Below, piece after piece: positions 41,978-56,138 of a stretch of DNA of 64,000 nt. The DNA comes from Eledone cirrhosa. Taxonomy: Eukaryota. A program made the position numbers and the translations under genes. The notes beneath the pieces are model-generated. The model worked only from the letters and a program-made list of their open reading frames with translations. It ran no database searches and was not told the DNA's origin. Each line of letters begins with the position of its first letter. Position 1 is the stretch's first letter. Location of the stretch: positions 51,150,001-51,214,000 of the forward strand of contig OZ024749.1 in NCBI GenBank assembly GCA_964016885.1, given 5' to 3'.

Positions 41978-42774
41978 CATCAGTCAATTCTCGTAATCTG
42001 CTTCAACTTACAGTTTTGATTTTCCACGCTTTCATATATTTGATACTTATGATGTTAACTCTCTCTCTCACTCTTACTCTCTCACTGTATATCTATATAT
42101 TCACAAGGGAGAGAACTGGAGGTCAGGAATTGAAATGATGCCCTAATCAAAGTACATTAATTACTCCATTGCCCTTAGACAAACTATGGTTATGTTTGTG
42201 TCAGCAGATTTTTACATATGATGCATTAAAAGGATGTGTATGTGTGTGTGTGTGTGCGTGATGAGAAGAAAATGTTTTTTTTTCATATTTCTCGTAAATA
42301 TGGGATTATGGGATAAAACATTAGATAATATGTTTGCCTTCTTGTTAAAGCAAGCTTTATTTCGTTCAGAATTATGGAGCGCTGAATTGCAATTTGTTTT
42401 ACCAAGAGTCAACAGTGACCTAGAAGTAATCAAACCCAGAAAACCTGAACAACAACGAAACTGTTTAGCATCAACAACTTTGTACCTGGTGTACTCTCAT
42501 AGCATCGGAACAGGAAATACGTTGTGACAACTCAAATAGGTTTTAGTACTGAACTCATAACTTGCACTGAGATAGATCCTACACTAAGGATAGCAGCAAC
42601 TCATCCACACCCATTGACATATGTGTTGCACACTGATGAGGTTAAACTCTAGGTTAATCACTGTATTTTTGATGTTTTATTGTAATATAGTGCGGTAGCT
42701 TGTCTTTCTGAATCTCGTCTCTTACGAAATAACTACACACGAATAAACAACACACAAAAATACCAACAACAGAA

Positions 42775-42887
42775 TATAACAGAACACTTTGATCTTGTTT
42801 CTTCCTAGTATTATATAACAGAACACTTTGATCTTGTTTCTTCCTAGTATTATATAACAGAACACTTTGATCTTGTTTCTTCCTAGA
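42775..42887. repeat. Three tandem copies of a ~39-bp unit
   Basis: tataacagaacactttgatcttgtttcttcctag repeated three times. Confidence 0.9.
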
Positions 42888-44751
42888 CGAAGTATTTCAG
42901 TACAATAATGTTGATGATTACAACAATAACAGCATAATGTATCTATCTTTACAAAACTTCTTCATTAACAAAAACAAAACCAGATTTCGTGTAAACTTGA
43001 ATCAGAACGATCCAAAGAATTACCTTTTAAATGTCGGACATATTCCTTAAAGATTTATATCTCTCAAAAATGATACACGCTTCCGATATTTATTTACTTG
43101 GTACCTCCTCCCCACCATCACCTCTTCTACAGATCTCTATCTTATTATCTTTAATCCTTGCAATAAACTGTAAGCATTACATAAGTTATCTTTATTTTCA
43201 CTTCACGCCTTTCCACTCCTACATATATGTGTGACGAGCAGACAGACGAAGAAACAACTTTTCTTTTATAATATATTTATTTTAATAATTAACCCGAGAG
43301 ATTAGCAGAATCGTCCGAAGGAATTCTCTGTGGTATTTCCTCCAGCTCTTTACGTTCTGTGTTCAAATCCCACTGAATCAATTTTACAGGTCGATAAAAT
43401 ATAGTATCAGTCAATATACCCCTCGACGCATGAGAACATATCTTCTCATAGCGGCTGATAACAACTTTTTTTCCGTCTTTTAAGGGTCTTCACCCTACAT
43501 TATAGTCTATTTTATAGTATCTCCGCGCATGAGCACAACATTTATTATATTTTTATTTACTGCTATTAGCCTAAGATGTTTTCGTCTTTTGGAGATTATT
43601 TCGTTTATATTTTTCATGGAGTCAAGTGGTTGACATACATTTTTTTGTTCTTAACTAGATAATATGACAGTCTACCGCAGATTTCGCCCATTGGTGAAGT
43701 GATATTTTGCACCAAATGCTAACAAAACAACCATCCGTTATACAGTGCCTACATAATTGCAGCAAAGAGCTGTAGCTCCCTTCCCATTCTCATCCACCTC
43801 ACCATGGTATCTATTTACAGTTATGTGAATTTTACGAGGTTAAAAAACGAAAATAATCTCATGCCTTCTTCGTGATAGTCAATTGTTGTATTGTTTTAAG
43901 TTATATTAAGTAAAATAACAGATTTTTCCATCTTAAAAATAGTTTGCTATGATTGTTCGTGTTTGCGTTTTAGGGTTTTACATATTAAATTTCTGCCCAA
44001 ACGTTTTCTACTCCCATAGCATACATGGCTGACACATACCATCTGTTTCGTTTCTTTAACAAATCCCTGCTGGAAAATTTAATGTGGTTTTCATTTTCTT
44101 TCAAAGTTCTTATAAACTGTAAGATAGTTTTTCTTCTTTCTATTTAGAGTTATTCGGCGTAATATCTAGCTTCTCAAAAATATACGAAAATAACTTGCCA
44201 TAATTTTCCTTATTTCTTCCTTCTGACAAGAATTATATTACAAAGAATGTCTCCAGAAATTTAGAAAAGGTACCATTGTTGTTAGGCTTTTTAGAATTAG
44301 ATTTTGTTATTCCAAATATAATTTGATCTAGAAAGATTTCTTTCTAGACTCTTCTTATCGTTAGGCAGTATATTTGATCATTTTTTTTGCCCCAAATGTA
44401 TTATATCAAGCATCGCAAACAAACACAGTCAGACATACACCCACGAACACAAATATACACACACTCAGAGATATACACGTTACTATGCTTGTTTAACTGG
44501 GAATGAGCACTAAATGAACAGATCTATGATCAAAAGCATTCCAGACATGACAATTCCATCTAATTTTCAAACATTATATATATATATATATATATGGGAT
44601 AACAAGTTATCGTTATAGGTAATCCAGTTAGAGGTAATCCAGTTAGAGTGGATAGTTTTAACGTACAGCTTTGGTTGACTCAACAAGATGTTTCCATAGT
44701 TATGCAGCGAGTTCGCGGTAATTTCTATGCAGGTTATACTTGGAGTAATAA

Positions 44752-45026
44752 TAGTTAAAGAAAGAAGAGCAACTTGGTAGGCTGTACAATAAGGGGCTTT
44801 ATTTAAAGTACTGACAATTGTTTCGTTGATCAGGTGTGTCTAGAATTCGCTAATCGCTTGAGGTTGCGTTAATCGATCTCCAATATTTTTGTTTACCACA
44901 GGTCAACACATCAGAGCACGTAGATAGGAGTTCGATTGACGCAACCTCAAGTGATTAGCGAACTCTAGACACACCTGATCAACGAAACAATTGTCAGTAC
45001 AGCCAGCCATGTTACTCTTCTTTCTT

Positions 45027-45090
<64 letters not shown>

Positions 45091-45739
45091 TACATTAAGC
45101 AAATAATTATTAATCAGAGCTATATAAAATTATAAGTTTGAAGAACAGTCAGACAAAATATATCCAATTCTTTCCCTCCTTGGTCCATAGATATCAACTA
45201 GATAAATAATCATTTAAACGGAGCTAAATTTAAAAAGTAACTTTCAAGAAATAACAGATAAATATCACAGACTTTCATTTCCTCTGTGAGGAACAGTCAG
45301 ATAAAAGTTATCTAGTCTAGTCTTTCCTTTAGTCCGTAGAAATTAACTAGACATATAATGAATTAAACGGAGCTAAGTCTAAAATCTAAGTTTGAAGAAA
45401 AAAATGTAGATAAACTTTACCAAAATTCTATTTATCTAGTTGATTTCTACGGACTAAGGAGGAAAAGAATTGGATATATTTTGTCTGACTGTTCTTCAAA
45501 CTTATAATTATATATATATATATATATATACAAGGATCGGAATTAGAGTATTCCGCAGTTCACAGTAATAATAATATTAGCTCAAAGAAGATCAGAGAAT
45601 TTTCATCTGAGCTCAAATACAAATATATTACACAGTATAATATATTTGTATTTGAGCTCAGATGAAAATTCTGTTCTTCTTTGAGCTAATATTATTATTA
45701 CTGTGAACTACGGAATACTCTAATTCCGATCCTTGTATA
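44752..45739. repeat. Cluster of three long fold-back inverted repeats
   Basis: 44752-45032, 45128-45509 and 45527-45739 each have near-perfect complementary arms of about 70-100 nt. Confidence 0.9.
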
Positions 45740-45926
45740 TTTAACGAGCTCCAAATTGTTGAGCTAATAAATTCGAATGGTTGGGCTGCTCTCTCTAGCA
45801 TTTTCCCCAATTCATGAGGGCCGTTATTTGATGTAAATAGCACGTGATTTCGCCCTACTCTGGGCAGCGTGTATATTAGCTTTCTCTCTATCCATTAGGC
45901 TAGATGTGTCGTGAACAACACCCATA

Positions 45927-46002
45927 CTTGCTGACTGAAGAACCTGTGGGCTGTTACACCGCACATTTCTGTAGCGAAACGAACTAGATTCGTATCAGCA
46001 AG
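45927..46002 (+). ncRNA. Type I hammerhead ribozyme fold with extended or irregular stem II
   Basis: cttgctga-CTGAAGA-(34 nt)-GAAA-cgaa ctaga ttcg-TA-tcagcaag: perfect 8-bp stem I and 5-bp stem III. Confidence 0.7.
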
Positions 46003-46575
46003 CTTATAATTATGAGGTTGGTAATTTAAAACTCTACATCAGAGATTTGATTCTGACTTAGTTTTTTTTCTATTTAATTGCTAACCTGTAGGTATTGTTC
46101 TCCATACAGTAACGGTTAAACTCACATGTAATAATTCTTTACACACATCTCACTGTGTAACACACTTCTCTCTGTGTAATATATATATATATATATATAA
46201 AGATATACCCCTGTTCCTATACCAGCCACGAGATACCGCATTGACATACAGCGTTTCTAGGGCATTTTAAAACCTGGTGGAGCTCGTCTTCTCTTCATCT
46301 CTGAATACAGCAGATTTCTTCCAGAGAAGAATGGAGAATGAGAGAGAATGGAAATAAGACAGATATATAAACGCGGAAGAATCGACCCCCAATACTAGAC
46401 TGGTACTTTTTATCGACCTCGAAAGGTTGAAAGGCAAAATTGATCTCAGCGAGATCTGAACTTAAAGAGCGGAGAGTTGCAACGAATACCACAAACCATT
46501 CTATCCGAGATTCTAACAACTCCGCCAATAGGCCGCCTTAATATTTGATAGTAATTGTTAAAATAATATTCTTAC

Positions 46576-46655
46576 CTATTTCCAGGATTTGTGTAATTAG
46601 GCATAGGATCTGAATTTCCAAAGTCACCATTTAAGTTGGTGCTGGCAGCAGCATC
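46576..46655 (-). CDS. Proprotein convertase exon
   Basis: DAAASTNLNGDFGNSDPMPNYTNPGN(S); 80 nt; phase 0-2; joins NY| upstream and |HGT downstream. Confidence 0.92.
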
Positions 46656-48223
46656 CTTGAATATAGTGAGAGTGAAAGAAATAATAATTAGTCATGAAAT
46701 TTAAATATTATATTTGACGAACAAAATAAAAAGAAATAATTGTTTCTACTTTTGGCACAAGGTCAGCAATTACTCAGTACATTACTGGTACTTTATTTTA
46801 TCGACCCCGCAAGGATGAAAGGCAAAGTTAACCTCGGCGGGATTTGAACTCAGAATGGAAAGGTACCTAACTATGCTAGAAAGCATGACGTCCAACCCTC
46901 TACCGATACTGCCAATTCACCGCCCCAAAAAGAAATAATGATTTCTTGTATAGGCACAAGGCCATTCATTTGGGGAGAGGGGAAAGTCTGTTAAATCGAC
47001 CCCAGTGCGTGATTGGTATTTTATTTTATCGACCCCGAAAGGATGAAAGGCAAAGTTAACCTCGGCGGGATTTGAACTCAGAGAGCAAAGAGTTGGAATA
47101 TTGCAAAGCATTCTATCCGACGTTCTAACGACTCGCCCAATTCGTGCCCTCACACGGACATGAATGTGTGCAATTAAAAAGTAATGGAAGCGAAAGAGAA
47201 AGTGCAGGGGTGGAGTGAGAGGAAAATAACCCATTCGTGTACTAGCGGTTTACCAATCAGTCAGAAACCTTTTCGATGCAGAATATTTGTAACGTGTAGC
47301 AGCAGAACTGTCCCAGATGTGAGAACGTTATATCAGTGTGTGTTACACTTGAGGTTTTCAACAACTTAACAAAGTTGAAGTGTTATATAATTGCTCTCAA
47401 GAGGAAGTGTAGTATTTCCAATGGAGATTGTGTAATGATATAATATCGTGAGATCACATTCAGAGATTATCAGAGATTGCAAGTCGCTACTGTTTCATTT
47501 CTGAACGTTGTTGTTGTTATTATTGTCTGACCATACATTAGTCTTGATCCTGAAGACATTACAGAGCTGGAAGAATTGGTCAAATGAATATATACATCCC
47601 ATAGATGAATTGTTCAAGATATTTCTTGCCTTCATCAAGTTGAAGATGAAAGAATAATAAAAATCAAACTGGGTGGGGGAGAGATTCTGCACCTCTGGCT
47701 AGGGAAAGTATCTCAGCTGTGTCTCCAGGAGAAGATGGCGATAGCATTGTTATGGAGGAAAGCCAACGATAACCACTATATCATCCAATCCATCTCATGG
47801 GGATCCTTCTTCAGTCGAGATTCAATTATCGCGATTTTGTCGAGGAAAACAGCAGGCCAGGGACAGAGGATACCGAGATACTTGAGAGTGTCTGACACGA
47901 AAAGAAAGTCAGTCATATACAGTGTGCTTCAACTTACAATGGTTTATCGTATGAGGTGTAGTGTAAAACGTCGGTTCGATCCACAAATAGATCGCACCTC
48001 GAGCTTTTCGCCATAGAAACGATTGTAATACGTAATAAATTGAGTTCGGATGCATCACTGATTCTTGGTTTTCTATTTTATCATACTCTGCCCCGAAGGA
48101 GCAGAAAGTGCTCAACCGGCATACCGCCTATGGACGCATCCTAGCAACCATACGACATATATATATATATATACATATATAGACACACACATATATACAA
48201 TATATATATACATATATATACAC

Positions 48224-48256
<33 letters not shown>

Positions 48257-48306
48257 CATATATTATGTATATATATATATAAATATATATATATACATAT
48301 ATTATG

Positions 48307-48360
<54 letters not shown>

Positions 48361-48365
48361 TTATG

Positions 48366-48401
<36 letters not shown>

Positions 48402-48583
48402 CATATATTATGTATATATATAAATATATATACATTCATATATATATATACATATATACATATATTATGTATATATATAAATATATATACATTCATATAT
48501 ATATATACATATATACATATATTATGTATATATATAAATATATATACATTCATATATATATATACATATATACATATATTATG

Positions 48584-48615
<32 letters not shown>

Positions 48616-48918
48616 TTATGTATATATATATATATATACATATATTATGTATATATATAAATATATATACATTCATATATATATATACATATATACATAT
48701 ATTATGTATATATATCAAGATAACAGATTAAAGTTAAAGCAAAAAATCGCTGCTTTCACCCTTAACGGGATCTTCTGAGTTGCAGAAGATCCCGTTAAGG
48801 GTGAAAGCAGCGATTCTTTGCTTAAACTTTAATCTGTTATTTTAATAAATATTTGCTCTAGGGTTCTTATATAGTTATCCTTATCGAGCTCTCTTTGGAT
48901 GTTAGTCTTCACATTTAT

Positions 48919-48999
<81 letters not shown>

Positions 49000-49251
49000 A
49001 TAAATGTTATTGTTGTCGTAGACCCTTATAAAGGAATTTCTTGTTTCACGCCGTGACGAAAAAAAGATTTGCGCATACAAGGTCGTGTCTCTGTTGTGAA
49101 CACCACCACTGTCAGCTCCTTTGGGTGTCATACAAGGAATTTCTTTGTAAGATCATACCACGATAATAAAAATATATTCTCTACAGATTCAAACCATAAA
49201 CATGTATTGAGTACTCATTTAAAACAGGCTTCTCGTGCACTTGCACTAAGA

Positions 49252-49301
<50 letters not shown>

Positions 49302-49471
49302 ATAATACTATATATATATATATGCCCCAGCATGGCCTCAGCCGGATGGCTGAAACAGGTAAAAGAGTAAAAGAGTAATATATATATATAGTAATAATAA
49401 TAATAATAAGATCCCATTAAGGGTGAAAGCAGCGATTCTTTGCTTAAACTTTAATCTGTTATTTTAATAAA

Positions 49472-49552
<81 letters not shown>

Positions 49553-50454
49553 TATGCATATATATATACATACATAGACACACAAACATATATATATATA
49601 TACACAGTAATAATAAATGTGAAGACTAAAATATATATATTGCCTGTAGGTCAGTAATGATTTATTTAGTTGACAATTTAAATATGATATTCAATACGAT
49701 TTTTATCCTTAGGCTCCATTTAAACAAACAAAAACTACTTATATTGTACAGGACAGAAATGTAATGGAAAGCTCAACTTTTAGTCGTATCTAACATCCTT
49801 GGTTTTGTGATCCCATTACTATAACGGTTGTACGGTTAATCTGGTTATTGCGACTGAGGCTATATTTGTATGTATATCTTTGTTTATCTAGACTGAATGA
49901 AAGAAATATGGGTTTCTACTTTAGGCATAAGGCCAGCAATTTTGGGGGAGGCGAAAGTCGATTAAATCGACCCCAGTACGTTACTGGTACTTTATTTTAT
50001 CGACCCTGTAAGGATGAAAGGCAAAGCTAACCTCGGCAGGATTTTAATTCAAGACGTAAAGGGTCCTATTCCTTTAGAAGACATTTTTTTGAAGTTTCGA
50101 GTGTTTCTGTTCATGGATGTAGTACGAATGTTTTGTGAGATATCTAGAGATACCACACATGGATGTATAGCATAGATGTGTATATATATATTGATATGCT
50201 AGATAATGTATTGTGCTGGATGTCTAGATAACACATGGATGAAGCCTGTCTGTTGGTGTTTGGCGAGAACTGGTGTGTAGTATGACCTACATAGCATAGA
50301 TGTGTGTGTGTATTGATATGGTCGCTGATTTAGGAACAAGGCCAACAATTTTGGGAGAGAGGGGTACGTCGATTAAATTCGACCCCAGTTCGTTACTGGT
50401 ATTTTATTTTATTGACCCTGTAAGGGAGAAAGGCAAAGCTAACCTCGGTGGGGT

Positions 50455-50810
50455 TTGTCTGGCTCTACCTGGAGCAATTCTCTGATCTCCGAGGTAGGCG
50501 CTCTATCAAGTAACATCACTCCAAAGATCCTTCGGAGTGACCCCATTTCAGCCACTTGTATTCTAACCACATGTCGCTCATACTAAAGCTCTGATTTCTC
50601 AATTCGGAGAAGGGCTGGTTCTACTTGGAGCGACTCTCTGATCTGCGAGCTACGCACTCTATCGAGTAATATTACTCCATAGACACTTCGGAGTAACCCA
50701 GTTTCTGCCACATGTATTCTAACCATATAGATCTCATGATAGAGCTGTAATCTTTCAATTAGGAGTAGTGGCTCTCCCTGGAGCCTTTCTCTGATCTCCG
50801 AGCTATGCAC
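50455..50810 (-). mobile_element. Tandemly duplicated RTE-like RT C-terminal fragment
   Basis: ETGLLRSVYGVILLDRVRSSQIRESLQVEPALLRIE; about three copies of a ~126-bp unit. Confidence 0.6.
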
Positions 50811-50829
50811 TTTAGCGAATTTTAGTTAG

Positions 50830-51060
50830 TTGTAAGATAAAAATACTTAAGGTGTTGTGTGTTTATTTGAAATATGGAAACAATCTTAGTTGTGAGTTTA
50901 AAATATTTAGGGTCTTGTATATATATTTGAAATGTGGAAACAGTTTTGGTTGTGAGTCAAAAATATTTAGGGTGGTGTATGTTTATTTGAACTGTGGAAA
51001 CAGTTTTGGTTGTGAGTTAAAAATATTGAGGGTGTTGTGTATATATTTAATATGTGTAGT
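50830..51060. repeat. 60-bp tandem repeat, about 4 copies
   Basis: tggaaacagttttggttgtgag..aaaatatttagggt recurring every 60 nt. Confidence 0.85.
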
Positions 51061-53285
51061 AACTTCTCGGGAGTGTTGATAAAGAAGACTCGGTCGTCAT
51101 GCCTCCATTGAGGGATATTTTAAAGACTTTTTTCTTCATGGAAAAAGTACATGTATGTATTTAGGTTACGTATAGATAACGTCTGTGTGAAAGGTTATCG
51201 AAGAATGGCGGGTGGTATTATCTGCAGAGAAGTGTATGTATGTGTGTTGTGTGTGTGTGTATGTGTAATGTATATGTGTTGTGTGTGTGCGTGCATATAT
51301 ATGTGTTTTTTTTTGTCTATGTGTGTTTCTGTGGGTTTGTGTGTGTGTATGTATGTATTATGTGTGTATAATAATGCATATATATGTGTTTGTCTATGAA
51401 TTTGTATCTCTGTGTGTATGTCTACGTATGTGTTTGTGTATGTATATATGGTGTTCATGTGTGTGTTTGTGTGTATGTATGTGTATGTGTGTGAAGGAAA
51501 AGTGGTAGCATTGATGTAATGAGCGGTGGATGGGAAGTATCGGTAGAGAGTCCGACACCATACTTTGCAGCATAGAGTTACGACCCTGAGTTCAAATCCC
51601 ACCCAGGTTCACTTTGCCTTTCATCCTTACGGGGTCGATAAAATAAAGTACCAGTAATGCACTGGGTAATTGCAGGCATTGTGCCATAAGTAGAAACAAT
51701 TAATAAATGAACATGAACCGTTGTGGTAAAGGATGTGTGTGGGAGACCAAGCAAAGTTTGAGTCACAGAAGAGTTAAACAATATTTCAGAGCTATTTCCT
51801 CTCAGACATCATTTATTATGTACGAACTTTTAATGAGAAACAGAAACTAAACTGAGATCAATTATCAAATCACTAATCTTCGATAACAAAAGACTAATTA
51901 ACAGTCAAACACACAAAAAAGCTTCTCTCGATAAATATAAAGGAGTTCATGAACCAACATACAATATAGAGTATGTATGTATGGACCTTTAACTCCCGAG
52001 GAAGTCTTAGGGGCACCATATTGACATATGGTGTTTCTAGGGCATTTTGAAACCTGACGGAGCCCATCTTCTCTGCAGGTCTGAATATAGCAGATTTCTT
52101 TCAGAGAAGTATAGAGAATGAGAGAGAGAGGAAGTGAGAAAGAGATATAGAGGAAGAAGCCCCCTCCCCACCCCCCACCACCCACCCACCCCAGTACTTG
52201 ACTGGTACTTTTTTATATACTATATGTTTATGTTTAATAAACATAGATTTGTTTGGTCTGGCTGTGAGTTTTTAAGTTGTGGTATTTAAATGAAACAAAA
52301 AAAGGAAAGGGAAAGAAGAAAAAGAAAAAAGAGAGTGAAGTAACTAAGGAAAGAGGAAGGGATGGAGGGACAGACTCTACACCCCAGTATGAGTGGTGAT
52401 TCGGTCTGCCATACCCAACAGACAGAATGGCGAAAGCATTGTCATGCAGAATGGTCAGCGAGACCCGCTGCGACAACCACTTCTCCCCATCGAGTTCCTT
52501 CCTCGTGCGAACTGCTGTTTTGTTGGGATTTTTTTCCTCGATTTTGCGTAGGAAATCGGCAGTGCAGGGGCCTACATACCAGCTTTACAACAACCAGTGT
52601 AGGATTGGTAGATGCATTTCGATGCCTGTACACATCGTCAACATATGCTTACCCACTCCCGGTTGATGAATTATGGAAGACAATATCGTCTTACAGATTT
52701 TACAAACAAACTATTTCTTGGGGAAGCCTTAATTAAATTTAGTTAAATTTTTATGGTTTAGTTTTAATTCGTGATAGCTTTAACACAGCGTAATTCAGAG
52801 TAAAGACTTATATGAAAACATATGCAATATATTTATACATACAACATATACTTTGCAGCTGCTCTAGAAACAAGGGTAGGTTGCATTTCAATGTCGTTAC
52901 ATATCATCAGCGTATCCTGACCTATTCCCGGATGCTGAAGGATAGAAAATATCTCCTTGCGCTCTATTTGTGCTATCGCTTTGAGTCAACCCACGCCTTG
53001 TGAGTGAAATCGGATAGACGGAAACTGTGAGGAAGCCCGTCAGATCAACTGTGCTTGTAATTCAAAAGATCTGTCTTGTCTGACACACCGTGTCACACTG
53101 AATCACTAGCTGAACTATGTTAAGGATACACGTGTCTGTGGAAAGCTCAGTCATTTACACTTTAATTTTATAAGTAGACTGTTCCGTTGATCGAATAACT
53201 ATAACACTCATCACTGAAAGTGATGGAGATCCATTCCTAGTTGTCATAAATGAATAAATTAAATTTTTTTTCTAATAATACTTAC

Positions 53286-53432
53286 GTAGTTTCTGCTTAT
53301 ATCTGGGTGTGTATAGTCTATACCATCATCAAGGATGCAAATACGAACTCCTTTTCCGGTTATATTCTTCTCCCACAGAGGGATGACATTCAAATTAAGA
53401 GGGAAGTCCTGTTTAATTTCACCAAAATTGTT
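53286..53432 (-). CDS. Proprotein convertase exon with catalytic Asp
   Basis: [49 protein letters not shown]; 147 nt; tag/gtaag. Confidence 0.97.
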
Positions 53433-54988
53433 CTAGAATAGAGAAATCAGTGAGTTATATCTAAACAAATCGATATATAGGCAATCGACCGAGTCAGTTC
53501 TAAGTAAATCGATATATAGACATGACATCTTCACTAAAATAGACAATCCACAGAGTCAATTCTAAATAAATCGATATATAGACATGACATATTTGCTGAA
53601 ATAGACAATTCACAGAATCAGTTCTAAGCAATCTTGAAATATAGACTAATCTAACCCCATCCAGAGCCTTCTCACACCTGTTGGAGGAACCCTTCCTTTG
53701 TTGACTTCTACCGCTTTCTGTTAGGTTTTGGTCACGTTTTCAGGGGTGTAGCCGTACTCACCACGCTTGGCCTATTGTAGGATAGTGAGACTACTTAACC
53801 TAGAGTCATCTTCACTAAAAATTGATAGAGTTGCTAGAACGACGGATAGAAAACAGGGATAAGTATCGGCCCCATGAAACTCCGGGCTCGAGACAAACTT
53901 TAATACTGTGATGGACTGGTGTCCTGTCCGGGGTGGAATCTTGTACTCTCAGTCGCTTCACGACACGGAATCCTGGATAAGCACCATCCTGATGAGCCTC
54001 TGAGATCGAGACAGACTTTAACTCTGCGTTGGACTGGTGTCTTTTCCAGGGTGGAGTCTTGTACTCTCAGTCACTTCACACCACGAAAACCCAAATAAGC
54101 ACCAGTCTGATGAACTCTGGGCTCAACACAGACTTTAGACTTTTTTCTTTTTTTGTTGGACGCTACATACAGCCATGTTAATAATTTTAAAAGTTTATAA
54201 CTTAGAAACTAACTGAGCAATGATATTAATTCAGAGAACAACCACCGTTTTCTTGTTGTTGTAGAATTAATATATATCTGTAAGTTGTTTTATTTACAGT
54301 TTTATTTACATCGTTGTTCATATAAAGGCCTCACAAGATAACTTTAGATTATCCATTAACTCAACAACTACGTCCTACGTTCAATGGCTCTTCTAGCGCA
54401 TCTCCCTTACCATCCTCCGGGGAAACACCCTCTCCCTCCTGTCCGCCGGGGCTGTGGGGAGGCCAGCACGTGGGACCCCATTTGCTCACCATACGGATTA
54501 ATAGGCAAAGTTATAAACTATTGCAAATAAACGCATGCGTACAAACAAACAAAAAATGATTTATGTCGATCACCGCTCAAGTCTTGAAGTTAAAGTTAAA
54601 CTTAAAATTTACTAAATATCTCTCTATAGTTCAATTCAGTATTTCTATTGGAAGGGTGTTAGTTGGCGAAAATTGTTTATCAAAACTACTGAAATATAAA
54701 ACAAGAATGAATAAACAATTTTCTCGTTTAAAAGTTGAAAAGAAAGTTAACAAAATACTTCTTATGGTAATCTAGCACATTGGAATACTTGACGATAAGC
54801 TTGTAGACTTAAAACAGATGTTTACTGAACATTAGTTTGTTGAATACTATTTTAAGAGTAGGGTCTAGTGGCTACAAACCTTCAGCAGCTCGTTGTGTAA
54901 GTAAACGTCTTGTGAATAGAAGAAAAGATCGAAAGTTTTTTAAAAAGTAGATTAATATATGTATAAAAAACATACGCGCTTTTATGGG

Positions 54989-55020
<32 letters not shown>

Positions 55021-55040
55021 TATATATGTATATATGTGTG

Positions 55041-55072
<32 letters not shown>

Positions 55073-55156
55073 CACACACACTCATATATATATATATATA
55101 CATATATATGTATAGACACACACACACACATATGTATATATATATGTATATATATA

Positions 55157-55476
55157 ACTTTGATAGGTTTCGGCCAGTATTGGCCCAGGCCATGTCTAAC
55201 ATAATAGCACCACCAGGCGAAGTCTTACAAATCAGTGTTTGGGCACCATGGCCCACTCGAGCAGAGAGTTATTGTTTACGGAGGCATATCCGGGATTTCC
55301 TGAAGGAATTTATCCAAAGACTTCTTGAACTTGATGGGGTCTGTCTCTGCTTTGATGCGTTTTGGTGTAATGTTAAAGAGTGCAGGGCCAATTGAGGTGA
55401 AATAATTGTGCCGTATTGTTGTTATGTGATGCGAGTGGGATTTTTGTCGTGGGCGGATAGCACGGGACCCAAGCCT
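55157..55476 (-). mobile_element. 3' fragment of a second CR1-type LINE, inside (TA)n
   Basis: NYFTSIGPALFNITPK...FKKSLDKFLQEIPD resembles NSLGFKGTQLFNKLP...[14 protein letters not shown] at 7270-7623. Confidence 0.7.
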
Positions 55477-55503
55477 TATATATATATATAGAGAGAGAGA
55501 GAG

Positions 55504-55574
<71 letters not shown>

Positions 55575-55873
55575 AAAATGGATGACCCCGACGGCAGAGC
55601 TCAAGCCGTTTCGATGGCTATTTCAGTCCAGAAATAGCCATCGAAAGAGCTTGAGCTCTGCCGTCGGGGTCATACATTTTCCTATTACCCATTCTACTAC
55701 CCTAAGTATTGAGTACTCTGGTGCGTTATTGTCCATCTGGTTCTTTACCACAACTCCTCCCTTATATATATATATATATATACATTTATACGTATACATA
55801 TAAATAGACACACACACATATATATATACATATATATATATATATAATAGACACACACACACACATATATATA

Positions 55874-55923
<50 letters not shown>

Positions 55924-56037
55924 CAGTCAGTGGTGTACTAACCCACAGGGATACCAAACAATCTGCCAATGGATCCCTTTGAACTGGGCCTTCCTAATTT
56001 AATATTTATTGCTAGACATAGGTACTTATTTCTCATT

Positions 56038-56138
<101 letters not shown>

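Noticed and set aside
52870-52912. Minus-strand CTGATGA...GAAA hammerhead candidate
   Set aside because: Stems I and III do not pair.
53985-54125. ctgatgag motifs as ribozymes (also near 28960 and 42633)
   Set aside because: Part of SINE-like tails or isolated; no GAAA and UH arrangement with paired stems.
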